Positions 1 to 15,110 of a stretch of 64,000 nt of DNA are shown here, piece by piece. A program made the position numbers and the translations under genes. Position 1 is the stretch's first letter. Each line of letters begins with the position of its first letter. The notes beneath the pieces were generated by a model. That model was not told the DNA's origin. It ran no database searches and saw only the letters and a program-made list of their open reading frames with translations. The DNA is from Eledone cirrhosa (lineage: Eukaryota): positions 806,001-870,000 of the forward strand of contig OZ024743.1 of assembly GCA_964016885.1 (NCBI GenBank), read 5' to 3'.

Positions 1-909
1 CTTCAGTTCAAAGGAGGAAAAAACAAACGAGAGAAAATATATTTTCGGCATATATGATTCAAAGAGGGTAGCATAGTGTATTTATGTTATTATTAGTTTG
101 CTTTATCTAACACTTTGCTAAAAAGCTAAACATTTATAATTTATTACTAATTCAGCTCCTCATAGAGAGATCTAGTTATCAATTAACCAAAGGCCCGGAA
201 AGGGAGCCTCATATACGAATTTACTTATTTTTTCTTTTATTTTGAAAGGCCTCCAAAATCCACCCTTGGTTTTAAACATAATACTAATCATCTCTTCTCT
301 AGTACTGTTGTAAATTATCTAAGGTTCTATAGTAAAGTAAATTCATCAAAAAGCCCGAAAATATCAATTTAACATGTCTGTTAAAGCTATCGGCAAACAG
401 TAGCAATATGAATCTTTTCATATTACCCACTCTACCACCCAAGTATCGAGTACTCTAGTGGGTTATGGTCCACCTGGTATCTTACCACATCCTCTCTGAT
501 GTGTGTGTGTGTGTGTGTGTGTGTGCCTACACAACTGCATGTAACTACACAAATAACACTTAACGCGTACGCGCGCACTCACACATATTCACACATATAC
601 TTATATGTATAGACTCCTTTACTACGAAGCGTGCAGTTCCTGTTTAAAGATATTTTTATTTACTCAACTCGACAATTTACACTAAATTACCCACTGAAAG
701 ACAGACCACTCGACAAGCATCCACCAATAATTTACGTTAATTTGTAGCGGAATAGAGTGTTAAATTGAGATTGTCGACTGGAGAAGAACCCAAAAGAAAA
801 AGAATAACAATTCCAGCAGGGGGAAGCTAGACAGATCACGCCACTTTCTCTCATAGAGCGATGATGTCATGACTTCCTTGCAGTCGATGTTTTGACATGT
901 GTGAAAATA

Positions 910-913
<4 letters not shown>

Positions 914-983
<70 letters not shown>

Positions 984-1166
984 ATATAATATATATAATA
1001 TATATATATGTGTGTGTCGGAGGAGGGTATGTGTGTATATTTATATATATACATGTGATGCGCATATGTGTATGCATATATATATATATATATATATATG
1101 AATGTATGTATGTATATATATACACATATATATATATACGCACGTATATATATATATACATATGTA

Positions 1167-1206
<40 letters not shown>

Positions 1207-1242
1207 TGTATATATGAGTTATATATATATATATGTGTGTGG

Positions 1243-1292
<50 letters not shown>
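914..1292. repeat. Representative compound (TA)n microsatellite; dozens of similar (TA)n/(CA)n/(GA)n/(TATG)n tracts across the window
   Basis: Directly visible; large tracts also at 16500-16861, 19850-20123, 20898-21680 and 53050-53197. Confidence 0.99.
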
Positions 1293-1294
<2 letters not shown>

Positions 1295-1737
1295 GTGAGC
1301 TTACGCCAACACTCTCACCACTTGTGCATTTTATACAATTTGTACACTTATTCACTCATACACTCAAACTCAAGTAATTCATATATATTATCAAAATAGA
1401 AAAAGATATCGTAGTTACATTTCAACCCCAATTGTCAGTGCATGCATACCTAGAAACATACATTCAAATACATACTTACATACATATATACATACTTACA
1501 TTCAAACATACATACGTACATACATTTCATACTTGCATGTATATTATGCATACGCACATGAATCGCCGTATAGCACTCATATATACATATTCATATAAAG
1601 GTATACACACAAACATAGACACACACACAAGCAAAAATAATGTTCTCGAAGAGAGTGCTTTAGGTACCAATAAGTGGAATATAACCCGACACAGCTTCGT
1701 TGAAAAGTGAACGTTTTTGCTAATTACCGATGCCTGT

Positions 1738-1770
<33 letters not shown>

Positions 1771-1878
1771 AATATGTATACATACATAGTGTCCCAAAAA
1801 ATGTATACATGCTTCAACAGCATTCTAATCAATGTGTGTATTTTGGGGATTCCGTGTATGTACATATATATATGTGTA

Positions 1879-2034
<156 letters not shown>

Positions 2035-2392
2035 ATATATGATATATGATATACTTATGTATGGAGAAAAGGTGAGATTATGACAGATAAAATATAAATT
2101 GAAGTGGGAAATATGAAACAGCGGGAAAGAGAGAGAAAACCTTAGACACACAGACAGGGACACAGATGCATGTATAAATAGACGAGGACATATAGATAGA
2201 TCAACAAGAAGTACATTTATCTTGCTTTGCTTCAAAATCAAATTCAGAAATTAGAAAGGGGGCTGTAGATGTTGAATAGATCTGCTAGATAAGCTAATTA
2301 ATATTCAGTGGTTTACAGACAACTTTCTCTTCAACGTATCGCCAGAGCTGTCATATTTTTTGCACAACGCATCATTACTCCAATTATATATG

Positions 2393-2425
<33 letters not shown>

Positions 2426-3168
2426 GTGTGTGTGTACACATCTCGTTACATGTATATATTTATAAATATTGTTATACTTGGGGAGAGTCATATTGTCGTA
2501 ATAATATTGCCAGAATTAATAACAGAACACACTCAGTGTTGGTTGGTTTTCGCTTCTGTATCTTTTATATCAGTTAATTTATTCGGTCCTCAATGTTTAC
2601 CATTGACTGACCAACGGTCAAAAATACACATATAATTTAGATATGCAGATATGTATAGTCTAACAAAGTTCTTTCGTTGCACATAGAAGAGTCAGGCCCC
2701 CTACGGCTGAGTTCCGGCCATTTCGACAGCTAGATCTAAACTAACCCAGCAATCTGGGATAGTCCACTCTACTACCCTAAGTATCGAGTACTCTGGTGCG
2801 CTATGGTCCCCCTCGTTCCTTACCACACTTCCTTCGTTATATATATATATATATATATGTGTGTGTTAGATATTAGTTTAACAATGATAATAATAACGAA
2901 GGCAAGTTATTTTACATGTTCATTTCATTGTTTTACGATAGTTTCGGAGGGTTGATCATATTGATATATTAACTGATATATAGAACTGTTATAGAACTGT
3001 ATACTATCAGACATAATATATAGGTTCGATCAAACTGTCTTCTGAAGCAACTCTGCCTCTGTATCAGCGAAACGCGGAACCTATCTCTGGATCTCACTTA
3101 ATTACCTGTTACGGATTACATTGGGTTCTAACTACAGTATAGACCCTACCCCAAAAGGTAAAGCACAC

Positions 3169-3258
<90 letters not shown>

Positions 3259-3502
3259 TAAGGGAAAACAGTGAAATTGAAAATGCAGCTGGAGTCTTTT
3301 TATGAATATTTATTTGTTACCTTTACCGGTTTCACACTTCTTAAGGTTTTTCAAAAGTAGAATTGAGATGGAGGGTTTAGGAAACAAATATATATTCGTA
3401 AAAAGATTCCTGTTGCATTTTCGATTTCATTTTTTTTTCGTTATACTTTCACTCTTGTAGGACATCTTTTTATTTTTCATTTAAAAAAAAAATCATTTTC
3501 TT

Positions 3503-3566
<64 letters not shown>

Positions 3567-3803
3567 ATCCCGATGAGTAAAAATACCCCCACCCCCTAAT
3601 GACTTCATGGCTCATAGGCGACACTGCTTCCTTCTATTATCTTTATTTAGCCAGTGGATGACACGAAACATCTCCGCGACCAACAAATTATGGGTGACAT
3701 TTGCGGTGGTATGTACGCGGGATTTGAACGATTCGTAATTTCGACATGTTCGGTACCCTCCAAACAATGGTTACCAATCAGAGTATATGTTAACATATAT
3801 ATG

Positions 3804-3876
<73 letters not shown>

Positions 3877-3893
3877 TAAAATATGTATATTAA

Positions 3894-3938
<45 letters not shown>

Positions 3939-4700
3939 TTTGAGTTTATGTTGGTTGTATACCAACACCTCAGTATGCAGGCTGGAGCACTCGACGAAGT
4001 GCGCAGGTTGGTTTGGTTACTCCGGAGTAGTGTAAAATAAAGTTAAATAAAAGTCAAATGATTAAAATTTAGCTTCGTTTATTACTGCTATATATATTTC
4101 AGTGACAGCCATCTTTGGCTGTGACCTCTTCAGGCAGTTTGAATTAGTATGGTATAGACAAGTACATATGTTGTTTAGGTGTATGATATTGTCAATACTC
4201 TGATATGCCCAGTTCCTTGTTGGGTTGTTAATTCACTGGGGAACTGGAGTCATATGAATTCAAACAAACGAATTTTCGTGTCACAGGTCCCCTTCTCCTC
4301 TCATTGGTCAGTTATTAGAACATTCCTCATTCTAAGTGTTGTTATTGTTGGAGTTAGCTTAAAAATTGATAAAATGGTAGAAGGGACAAGGTGTTAAAGG
4401 AACAAAATAACAAAAAAAGTGTCAAACTTCCCATTGTTCAGTTCTGAGAGCATTCCTCAGTCAGAAGTCTATAGAATTCTTTCTGGGGTGAGGCTCCCTG
4501 TAGTGTTTTTGCCTGCTATTGTTCAGTACATTTGACCTCCACCATTATTTTGGTACTGTTGTTGTTGTAGTGGTCAGCTTATATCTTGCTGCTGCTAACA
4601 ATTTAGAAATATTCAGTTTGTGTTTTTTCTTCATCCCTCCCGCCACCATCGTAGTGGTGGTGGTGGTGGGTGGTGGTGGTGGTGGTGGGGTGGGGGGGGG
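3567..4700 (-). repeat. ~1.13 kb inverted duplication of 5956-7211
   Basis: Near-identical reverse complement; mirrored ORFs 3654/6797 and 4179/6273 in the track. Confidence 0.95.
4084..4138 (-). ncRNA. Type I hammerhead ribozyme (inverted copy of 6532-6586)
   Basis: Reverse complement of the 6532 motif. Confidence 0.85.
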
Positions 4701-6730
4701 GCAATACAAACACTCAGCAGAACCATGTGAAAGGAGGGAAGGGGGGACCCAGAGCCCACCCAAGAAACACAAACAGACCCAAGGACCCCCCACCGAGCAT
4801 GGGGGAAGACCAACATGTAACACAAATGAGAACCCTAATCTAGGCACGCAGAGGCCGACCACCCTCTGCAACTGCAGAAACCCCGAATCATGCCCCCTTG
4901 GTAATGAATGTCTCAAGAAGAACTTAGTGTACGGTTTTAGGGTTAAAACCCCCAACTCCGAACACCTCTACATAGGAGCCACATCAACGAGCTTTAAGGG
5001 CCGCTGGTACAACCATCGCCATTCATTCAAGAAGGAGGCCAAAAGGAAAAGCACAGCTCTCTCCGACCTGATCTGGAAGCTTAAGCTGGATAGGACCCCA
5101 TACTCTCTGGCCTGGTACATAATCAGGAAAGTACCACCCGATAAAGGGGGATCTTGCATATGCAAACTATGCCCGAACGAGACCCTCGAGATACTAAGAG
5201 GAGGAAGCGGCCTGATAAACCTCAGAACCGACTTCTTCGGGACATGCAGACACCTTAGAGCCGGGACCTTTCTCAAAATATATGGACAGTAGCAACACAA
5301 GAAGATGTGAACTCCCCTCAAGCTATAGGGACTTCTACAGAACATGAAAACACCTCTCGGCCAGACTTCCCTCAAGCTATATGGGCAATAACAACACCCT
5401 AGGTTGTGAACTCCCCTCAAGCCACAGGGGACAACCCAGGCGGAGCAGACACCATGATAGCCTAGAGATAGAATCGGACATAGCCATAATAATTTGGCCA
5501 ACATCTATAACACAAACACTTTTAATTTACCAGATTTCTGACTTTCAAGTTCCAATCTTAAATCTTGATTTCTCTTTATTAATTTGTTATTTGTTTTCTG
5601 CCCTCTTCACTGTATCACCTTATATTTATTTTAAGTTGAGATAGATTATAACACAAACACATTGAATATCTCATCTTAACATCTTGTATCATACCAATCT
5701 ATCCAACATATTCTGACCTTGAGATTGGTTATAGCACACACACACACACTTTATCCTACATTATTTCTCACTTCTCCATATACATTATCATTACTTTTTC
5801 ACCAATCTCTCATTTACTCTTTATTCTTTATTCTCTATTTATTTATTTATTTTCAAATTACACAAATTATATTAATTATTTTATTTTATTATATTATTTA
5901 TTTACTTTCTGTTTTCTTCATTTATTGCCTTATATTTCTTCATATACATGAAAGAACCCCCCCCCCCACACACCACCACCACCACCACCCACCACCACCA
6001 CCACCACCACCACCACTACGATGGTGGCGGGAGGGATGAAGAAAAAACACAAACTGGATACTTCTAAATTGTTAGCAGCATCAAGATATAAGCTGACCAC
6101 TACAACAACAACAGTACCAAAATAATGGTGGAGGTCAAATGTACTGAACAATAGCAGGCAAAAACACTACAGGGAGCCTCACCCCAGAAAGAATTCTATA
6201 GACTTCTGACTGAGGAATGCTCTCAGAACTGAACAATGGGAAGTTTGACACTTTTTTTGTTATTTTGTTCCTTTAACACCTTGTCCCTTCTACCATTTTA
6301 TCAATTTTTAAGCTAACTCCAACAATAACAACACTTAGAATGAGGAATGTTCTAATAACTGACCAATGAGAGGAGAAGGGGACCTGTGACACGAAAATTC
6401 GTTTGTTTGAATTCATATGACTCCAGTTCCCCAGTGAATTAACAACCCAACAAAGAACTGGGCATATCAGAGTATTGACAATATCATACACCTAAATAAC
6501 ATATGTACTTGTCTATACCATACTAATTCAAACTGCCTGAAGAGGTCACAGCCAAAGATGGCTGTCACTGAAATATATATAGCAGTAATAAACGAAGCTA
6601 AATTTTAATCATTTGACTTTTATTTAACTTTATTTTACACTACTCCGGAGTAACCAAACCAACCTGCGCACTTCGTCGAGTGCTCCAGCCTGCATACTGA
6701 GGTGTTGGTATACAACCAACATAAACTCAA
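4700..6730 (+). mobile_element. 5'-truncated Penelope-like retroelement: GIY-YIG endonuclease C-terminus plus 3' UTR/pseudo-LTR
   Basis: ORF 4519-5292 contains CNCRNPESCPLGNECLKKNLVY..HLYIGAT..RWYNH..CKLC..LIN..CRH (Cys-rich linker plus GIY-YIG). Followed by 3' region with HHR at 6532 and ends at (TA)n. ORF N-terminus before ~4700 is an artefact of the inverted arm. Confidence 0.85.
6532..6586 (+). ncRNA. Type I hammerhead ribozyme
   Basis: actgc-CTGAAGA-ggtcacagcca(aaga)tggctgtcact-GAAA-tatata-TA-gcagt; stems I and II pair, palindromic stem III. Confidence 0.85.
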
Positions 6731-6731
6731 A

Positions 6732-6782
<51 letters not shown>

Positions 6783-6799
6783 TTAATATACATATTTTA

Positions 6800-6970
<171 letters not shown>

Positions 6971-7818
6971 CATATATATGTTAACATATACTCTGATTGG
7001 TAACCATTGTTTGGAGGGTACCGAACATGTCGAAATTACGAATCGTTCAAATCCCGCGTACATACCACCGCAAATGTCACCCATAATTTGTTGGTCGCGG
7101 AGATGTTTCGTGTCATCCACTGGCTAAATAAAGATAATAGAAGGAAGCAGTGTCGCCTATGAGCCATGAAGTCATGGGGGGGGGGGGGGGGGTATTTTTA
7201 CTCATCGGGATCCCTAGCGTGAGAATTGTGAAACTAAATAGGCCGTTCGATCGAGCGGACTGTAGGTATAAAATACCCTATGGATAATTGCCAATCGAGC
7301 TTCATCTACGAGAGAGCGTGAAGTTTTCAGGATCTTGATCGTCATTCACCGCGATAGTCTAAGGCTGGAGATCGATGTTACAACCTTATTCAAGTCAAAC
7401 GAGATCCGGTTAGTTGTGTTTAGCTCCTGAAACTTCTTGTAGCATCGAGGGGGAAGGTTAACCATCAGTAATGGTGCCATCAATCCAGGTATTCCATCAT
7501 GCGCCCTGCCTGTTTGAGGCAAGAAAGCTGGAGAACATTTCCTACATTTCTTCCGCGAGGCAAATGTGTTGTATTGTTCGATATCTGCAATGTGAAGGAC
7601 AGAGGAGTGGTCGCATGTGATAGAGCCCCAAGCATTATTAAAGCTGAGACGGGTGATATGGTTGGGAGGAAGCTTAACATTATATTTCAAGAAAATATCT
7701 CGGGTTTGAAAAACACAGGGATACTTATAAAGCACAGTATATGTTGAATATATGTTGAATATATATATATATAGTAAGAGAAAACAAAGAGCGCTTATAA
7801 CAGCAATCAATTTTTATT

Positions 7819-7865
7819 CGCTGATAGTGTTTCATCCATACCATGGGGCAGAACTCATCAGAGCG
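7819..7865 (-). ncRNA. Minimal type I hammerhead ribozyme
   Basis: Minus strand: cgct-CTGATGA-gttctgccccatggtatggat-GAAA-cacta-TC-agcg, then AATAAA and (TA)n. Stem III is weak. Confidence 0.65.
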
Positions 7866-8684
7866 TTGAAAACAAAAATACAATAATGAAGATAAGCTCT
7901 ACCGACCTACATCATAAGAACAATAGATATATGGTACAGGATCATAGGATATTAGTGACAATGGAGAAGATACATAATAAGGTTGTTAGTCAGAGTAAGG
8001 AAAAATAAGGAAAAATAAGGAAAAATAAGGAAAAATAAAATAAACTGAGGTAATCACACAAGAGATTGAAGCATATGGAGGAATCAGTCAAGGCAATAAA
8101 GAAAAAAGAAAAAAGAAAGAATACTAACAAATAATTAAAAAATAAATTAAAAAATCAAAAATCAAAATAGAAATAGAAATAATAAAAAATAAAAAATAAA
8201 AAATAATAATAATAATAATAAAATAATAATTAATTAAACAATAGCTAAAAAAAAAAAAAATTAAAAATAATTAAAAAATAATTAAAAAAATTAAAAAGAT
8301 ATTAAAAAATATATATATTAAAAATATATATATATTAAAAAATATATTTAAAAAATATATATTAAAAATATATATATTAAAAAGATAATAATAATAAAAA
8401 ATAATAAAAAAAAAAATAAAAAATAAATAATTAAAAAAATAATTAAAAAAAATATAATTCAAAAAATAATAATAAATAAATAAAAAAGTAAAATTAAAAT
8501 TAAAAAAATTAAAAATTCGAAATTAAAAACTAATTTAAAAATCATAAAAAAATATATATGTAACAAAATAATTAACAAGAGAGAGGGGAAGGTGTAGATG
8601 CATATGAGGGCACACAAACGCAAGGAGATTATATATATATTAATTCAAATATTAACAAAATAGATGTTCTTGTGATCAATTAAA

Positions 8685-8747
8685 TTTTATTATACATATT
8701 TCAGAGGTACTGAATCAAGTTCAACAAAACATCCTCATCAGATAAAA
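8685..8747 (-). ncRNA. Type I hammerhead ribozyme
   Basis: ttttat-CTGATGA-gg..ctct-GAAA-tatgta-TA-ataaaa; inverted partner of 10172-10235. Confidence 0.7.
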
Positions 8748-9680
8748 TAAAATGATACATGACATAACCTGACACTTTAGATGGTTAAGATTTAATCAAG
8801 GTAGTGATTAACTTATGAGAAAACTCAATATTTATACCCTAATATTGAGAACATGCGAAAACGTAATAGAATCAATAGAGAGAGTGTGAGTAAGAAAAAC
8901 ATTGCCTTAATGTAACAGTTATAGAGTTTTTAAAATTTGAAATACTACTATAGTTCGGTATATCTCTATATATAGCTTGTACAAATATATTTATATTGTA
9001 TAATAACATAATCATAATTAGAGTTCGGTCTTCTCTAGAAGGTAGAACTCATATAATGACTTAATAATATATATGAACAAATAATAAATTATAGTCTTGA
9101 TATTATGATCAATACACATATATATATATATATATAGCTCAAAACTCTGACTCCTTTAGGTTTAATTATAAGACCTGCTAATACTTTAGGCACTTAAACT
9201 ATTTAACAATAAATTCATTAATAGTCATAACTGTAAATATCTCATAAATTATATTATAGAAAATGTTGTCAGTGTTATAAATAATTTTGTTAAAGATTAC
9301 CTTTGTGATAATATTGAACATTATATTTTTTTTTCTTTCGCGGGCCTCGTAAATCCTTTAAATTTGTTTTCATAAAACTTTGAATTTTAGAAATTTAACA
9401 CAATTATATTATAAAATTAATACAAATAACCATCAACTTTTAAAACCTAAAATTTTTATTCTTTACCCTAAAATAACATAAATTAAATATTTTGAAATTT
9501 AACCGCCAAAGCTATATATGTTTATGTGTGTCTAAAGAAAATTTGAGCATAAATTACTCCCCTTTGTCTCTCCCTCTCTTTAATTATCTGTCAGTTGTCT
9601 TCTCAAGCTAAATACTAAATAAATTATAACTCCAAATACGTCTTCCTCTATAGTTCTATAGTAGTATTTCAAATTTTAAA

Positions 9681-9976
9681 CAAATAAGGATCTCTATGGC
9701 AATATACCACCTATCAGCAGGTCAATACGTGGACAGAGACTCAGATTTGCTGGCCACTGTTGGCGCAGCAAGGAAGAAATAGCAGGTGATGTGTTGTTAT
9801 GGAGTCCATCTCATGGAGCAAGAAACGCTGGTCGTCCCAAGAAGACATACGTCAAGCAACTTGAGGACGATACTGGATGCGCTGCGGAAGAACTGGCAAA
9901 CGCTATGAGAGATAGAGATGGATCGAGGAAACGTGTCGTAGAAAGCCGAGTAAGCTCGACCTGATGATGATGATGA
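9681..9976 (+). mobile_element. 5'-truncated RTE-clade LINE 3' end with (GAT)n tail and TSD
   Basis: Open frame NKDLYGNIPPIS..RLRFAGHCWRSKEE..LLWSPSHG..GRPKKTYVKQL..MRDRDG; tail ctgatgatgatgatg; flanked by atttcaaattt on both sides. Confidence 0.85.
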
Positions 9977-10171
9977 TTTCAAATTTAAAAAACTCTATAA
10001 CTGTTACATTAAGGCAATGTTTTTCTTACTCACACTCTCTCTATTGATTCTATTACGTTTTCGCATGTTCTTAATATTAGGGTATACATATTGAGTTTTC
10101 TCATAAGTTAATCACTACCTTGATTAAATCTTAACCATCTAACATGTCAGGGTATGTCATGTATCATTTTA

Positions 10172-10235
10172 TTTTATCTGATGAGGACGTACTGTTGAAC
10201 CTGATTCAAGTACCTCTGAAATATGTATAATAAAA
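10172..10235 (+). ncRNA. Type I hammerhead ribozyme
   Basis: ttttat-CTGATGA-ggacgtac..gtacctct-GAAA-tatgta-TA-ataaaa. Confidence 0.75.
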
Positions 10236-10376
10236 TTTAATTGATCACAAGAATATCTATTTTATTAATATTTGAATTAATATTAATAACTCTGGAAAAT
10301 ATCTTACTGTAGAGTGCTTCCAATCTACTGTAAAACTCATTCTTTGATGACTCATTGAATCTTGTTTAACTTATTA

Positions 10377-10412
<36 letters not shown>

Positions 10413-12539
10413 ATGTGTGTGTGTATGTATATGTGTATGTACTTGTGTAGTACAGTTTTAAACGATAAATATACACACATTTTATATATAAAAATGCAAT
10501 CCTGTCAAACTTACGGTTAATTACTCAAATATGACATATATGCTAATTATGTATGTATATATGTATGTATATATCCATCTATCTATCTATCTATGGTTGT
10601 ATGTATGTAGGTAAATAAGGGCGTATGTGAATGTAGCTGTATCATAGAACAGTTAATAGCATTGGTCACGTGATTATTGTTTACTTAGTAAGAAAGAATA
10701 TTTGGTTCAACCTAGTTAGTTTCATATCACCTCTACGCAACACACCCGTCTCTCCTCTTATTACCTTTAATATGTTTTATCTCCCTAGACCCAGCACTAG
10801 CCACCTACCCAATCTTTCCTCCCCAGAGCGTCAACCCACTGGAACTCCCACCCAACTCGCATGTTTTCTACAGGCGTCAACTTACAGATGTTCAAACTGA
10901 GCATCAACCATATCAATCTCACCAGTCATGGAAGACTGCATAGGTCATAGGCATTGACCCTGACTAATCCATAGAACACACACATATAGACATCTATATT
11001 TAAATATATAAATGTTATATATATATATGTATATACATATGTGTGTGTGTATGTGCTCGCGTGTGCATTCATTAATATATATACATGCACACAAACTCAC
11101 ACACACGCGTGCACTCATACATACACTCACACGCGCGCACGCACACATTCAAATATATATATATTCACACACACCATAGTTCATTTCTTATAGGTAACTT
11201 GATCTTACAACACACCTCAATTTTGACAAGATCTTTCTGGAAAACAATTTTAAAAGCCTTAATTTTTAAGATTGGTATTTTCAGATCCTTATGAAATCCC
11301 TTTATTTTCCATTATACATACTTAACCTTTTCATTGACATATATCTGACTAAAATACACCCAATATGTGTATCAATTAAGTCATAAATAATCGTACATTT
11401 AGCCTGGTGTCGTACAACCTTGATCATATTTTTAATCTATTAGTATATTGCACTGCAATATGTTATAACCATGTTTGGAAACTGTGACATTGTTTCCACA
11501 TCTAGTGTTTACAGTATATGTTTGAAACTCAAAAATTCTGTTCTCATTTTCCAATCGTATTTTCTATTTAATTTTGTTCTATTTTGCACGGATAATCGAT
11601 TCATATTTTCAGAAATCAGACTTGGTAAAATCAAAAGTTTAGTTTGATTAATTGGATTCCAGAAGAAAAACACAAAGCATGGCAGAGCATGTCAAAAAGA
11701 TCCACAACAAGATTGACAATATGTCTTTCTTGAAATAAGCTTATAAATACCATCTGATATATTTGAAACTACTATGGTCATTCCTCGCAATGTTGGATGA
11801 TATAGTATCGTGCACAATGGAGTTTAGTGCACATGGAGTTAGAAACATACACAAGCACCATTTCGATCCTGTTAAATATTCAAGATGTGACAGCTAGAGA
11901 AAGAATGGGGTGGGTGAACAATTACTGGGATAGCAATTTCCCTATCGAACACGCAAGTTAAAGTGGATCTTGGCGCTATTAGAGTAAAGAATGCAGAGAA
12001 CCTGAACAACAACCGGCACTTATAGAAATCTGCTAAACCTAACTCCAAGCCTGATTTCTTTACCCATAGATAACAGCATGTTGTGTTAAGAACTACTCAA
12101 GATCTGGAATCATAGTGACGACAACGAAAACAAAACCACCAAACCTTGTTTACACTGAAGTTTTCAAGTGTTAATATTTCCTTCCTAACTTTTATATTGA
12201 CTGGAGCTGCATTCGTATGAGTTTATATACACAAACATATGTTTTAATACTTACTTATATGTTAACCTATATTATTGCATTTTTAATCATACGCCACTCT
12301 CAACAAAATTAACTGCAGTTAAGCAAAGCCAGTGCTAGACCACTGACTAACACACACACACACGCATGCACATGCACATACACACATATGCATAACACAG
12401 AGAGATATACATACACACACGCACACACACACACACACAGAGACACATACACACAGACACAGACAGACAGACACACACACACACAGAGACAGACACACGC
12501 ACAGACAGACAGACACACACACACACATATATATACTTT

Positions 12540-15000
12540 TTTTCTTCTTCGCCCATTTATTCTGGAGAGGGTCGAGGGGGCAGAATCCGCAAACGCACCT
12601 TCTAGCTGGTCCTATCAGTGGCAACCGTCACTAACTGATCCGAATGGATCTTCAAGTGAGACCAGCTAAGTTCGTGCATGTTATCCAATCATCTTGCTCG
12701 GGGTCTGCCCCTGGGTCTCCTGCCAATTGGTTTTGTCCGTAAAATCTGTCCAGCGATTCTTTTCTGTGACGTTCTAATCACACGTCCATAGTATCGTCCA
12801 TAGTATCGGATCTGCGACCTCTCAATTCGGAAAAGTAGCAGCTCTACCTGGAGTGACTCTTTGATCTCCGAGGTACGCACTCTATCGAGTAAAGTTACAC
12901 CGGAGATCCATCGGAGGAACCTCATTTAGGTCGCTTGTATTTACGATCTTATTTTTTCGGTCATTACCCAAGATCCTTGATCATAGTTAAAGGTTGACAA
13001 AAATACCGAATTTACCTCCCTTTTTCTGATTACTGAATGCTGAAGCTGGCTCATTACTGGACCAGCTCCTGCAATACTTCCACTTAATTCAGTCTCCTGC
13101 CTTCCATCACTTGTAAACACAGCCCCGAGATACTTGAACTCCGCCACCTAATTCAGTGGAACTCCATTCACATGTAGAGTGAACCGCGCAGGCTTCCTCC
13201 AAAGGACGAATATTTCCGCTTTTCGCAGCACTGATTTTCATTTCAGCCATGCAACACTCTGCATCGAACCTATCGAGTGCAAGTCGGAGATCACTTGTCG
13301 AATTAAGTAACATCTCGTCTCCAAATTCCAGCCGACTGATTTATACTTGCCAGTCAGGATTCAACTTCCAGCCCGGCTGCGCGTGTCAATCCTGTTGATG
13401 AGGATACTAAACAGGAGAGGCGCCAGTTGGCACACTTGGCGGACTCCAACTCACATATTGAATGGTTGAAATTTAACACCATTTATCCGAACACAAATAT
13501 TTGGGCATTCGTATAAACACAAATACTCGGGGATTCGTAGAAACACAAATACTCTGGTATTCATATAAAGACATCAGGGCAACAAGAAGGTGACAATCGG
13601 TCCCATACTCCTGCACAACCTTCCACTGCATCCGGGATGAAAATTACACTGTTTATCTCTAGCTTGGTGTCGACAATTTCCATACATCTCTTTGTCAGAC
13701 ACTTACCATAAACTTTCCCGGGTAGGCTTAACAAGGAGATCCTTCTGTAATTGGAACAATGTCTTTTGCCTCCCTTATTTAAAATCGGGATTATCACTCC
13801 CGATTGTTATTGCTTAGGAGCCTTTCCAGAGATCTAGTCCACACGTCACACAAGAATCAGCCAGAAAATACCCTCTCTATTTAAGGTTTTTAACATGTTG
13901 GACTGGAGTTCATCTTCACCAGTTGCTATGCCACGTTTGCGCTCTTTACCTGTTTTTGTAACCTCAGCCTCCGAGAGATTATTCACCGCTCCCAGATGCA
14001 CCTCGTATATATCAGCGGATGCCATTGTAATCGGGTTTAGATCAGCAAAGTATTCTCTCCATCTCGCGAGGATGCACCTCCCTAAGAAGAGGAGACCCCG
14101 AGAAGCGTTTATTGGAACAGGTGTGGAGGACGACTTCTGATTTCGAAGTCGGCAGATGGTCTGCCAGAACACTTTATTTGCTGATATTGTTTGCTGCATA
14201 AATTTTCACCACTCACAGAGAACTATCTTTCAGCCTGAGCTTCAAGAAGCAAATCTCCCTCCAAATGGGTTACAGTGCATATCACAGTTTGAAAGCTGAG
14301 GGCTTGTGAAAATCCCCAAGCCACCTGTGCAGTTATTTCTGGCGCCACACCTGGATAGTGGAGTTTCCACTCTATCCAAATCTATAGTGTCAGAGCCACT
14401 GTTGAGAAAACATTGTTGAGAAAACCCCGACTATAACTAGCACGTAGCATCTAGCCTCCTCTACTAAATCCTGCTCCTTTCCTCTAAGAGTTATGATGTT
14501 CCAGGTTCCAATTGTCAAGGTTTGTTCCATTCTGAGCTCTGTTTGGGTGTCTCAGGATTCCCAGGACAAGTGGCAGACACATCACCTGTTTTTGTGGCCT
14601 GAAATGGAGACTACAATATATTTTTCGAACAAGCACCTCTACTTAAGAACTGAACGCGTCATTTGTGAACCCACGCGAAAACGATGTTGTATGGTTCTTT
14701 TACGTTTCTCTTACCATATTGCAGGGGGTTTTAATCGCGTTAGTCACCAATCTAGTACATTCTCAAACTCGCGAAGACTACGCTTTTGTAGAGGTTGCCT
14801 TCATTGACCTGGCCATAGTTACATCACTAAGTCGTGAGAGTTTTCTTGGGAGCTGCATGTGCCACCCATTGCTCCTTCTCCCCTAGTTGTTTACCGCTGT
14901 TGGTCCTGCGAGGTTCCTCGTCCGGCAGCTGCCCGCTTATATCGCAACTAACGATGATATCTGCTAACTGCGACCCGTTCTGTAGCAGAACAGCTCTGTC
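12540..15000 (-). mobile_element. Degenerate RTE-clade (Expander/Rex3-like) LINE with RT remnants
   Basis: Fragmented frames IIPILNKGGKRHCSNYRRISLLSLPGKVY, FKYLG, MRFLRWISGVTLLDRVR..RPRGRPRAR; (GAA)n/A tail near 12540. Confidence 0.9.
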
Positions 15001-15054
15001 GAGAAATATATATATATTTATATACATATTTATATATATGTATATGTAAATATG

Positions 15055-15110
<56 letters not shown>

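Noticed and set aside
1783-1860. Small Tc1/mariner-like inverted termini
   Set aside because: Short, imperfect and single copy in the window.
2930-3050. Minus-strand CAGAAGA..GAAACTATCGTA motif
   Set aside because: Core and stems too degenerate to call.
4519-4700. Hydrophobic, signal-peptide-like N-terminus on the GIY-YIG ORF
   Set aside because: Derives from the inverted copy of the 3' UTR and a (GGT)n tract; a chance fusion.
11600-11900. Possible exon or SWIM/MULE remnant
   Set aside because: Stops in the frames examined; motif too weak.
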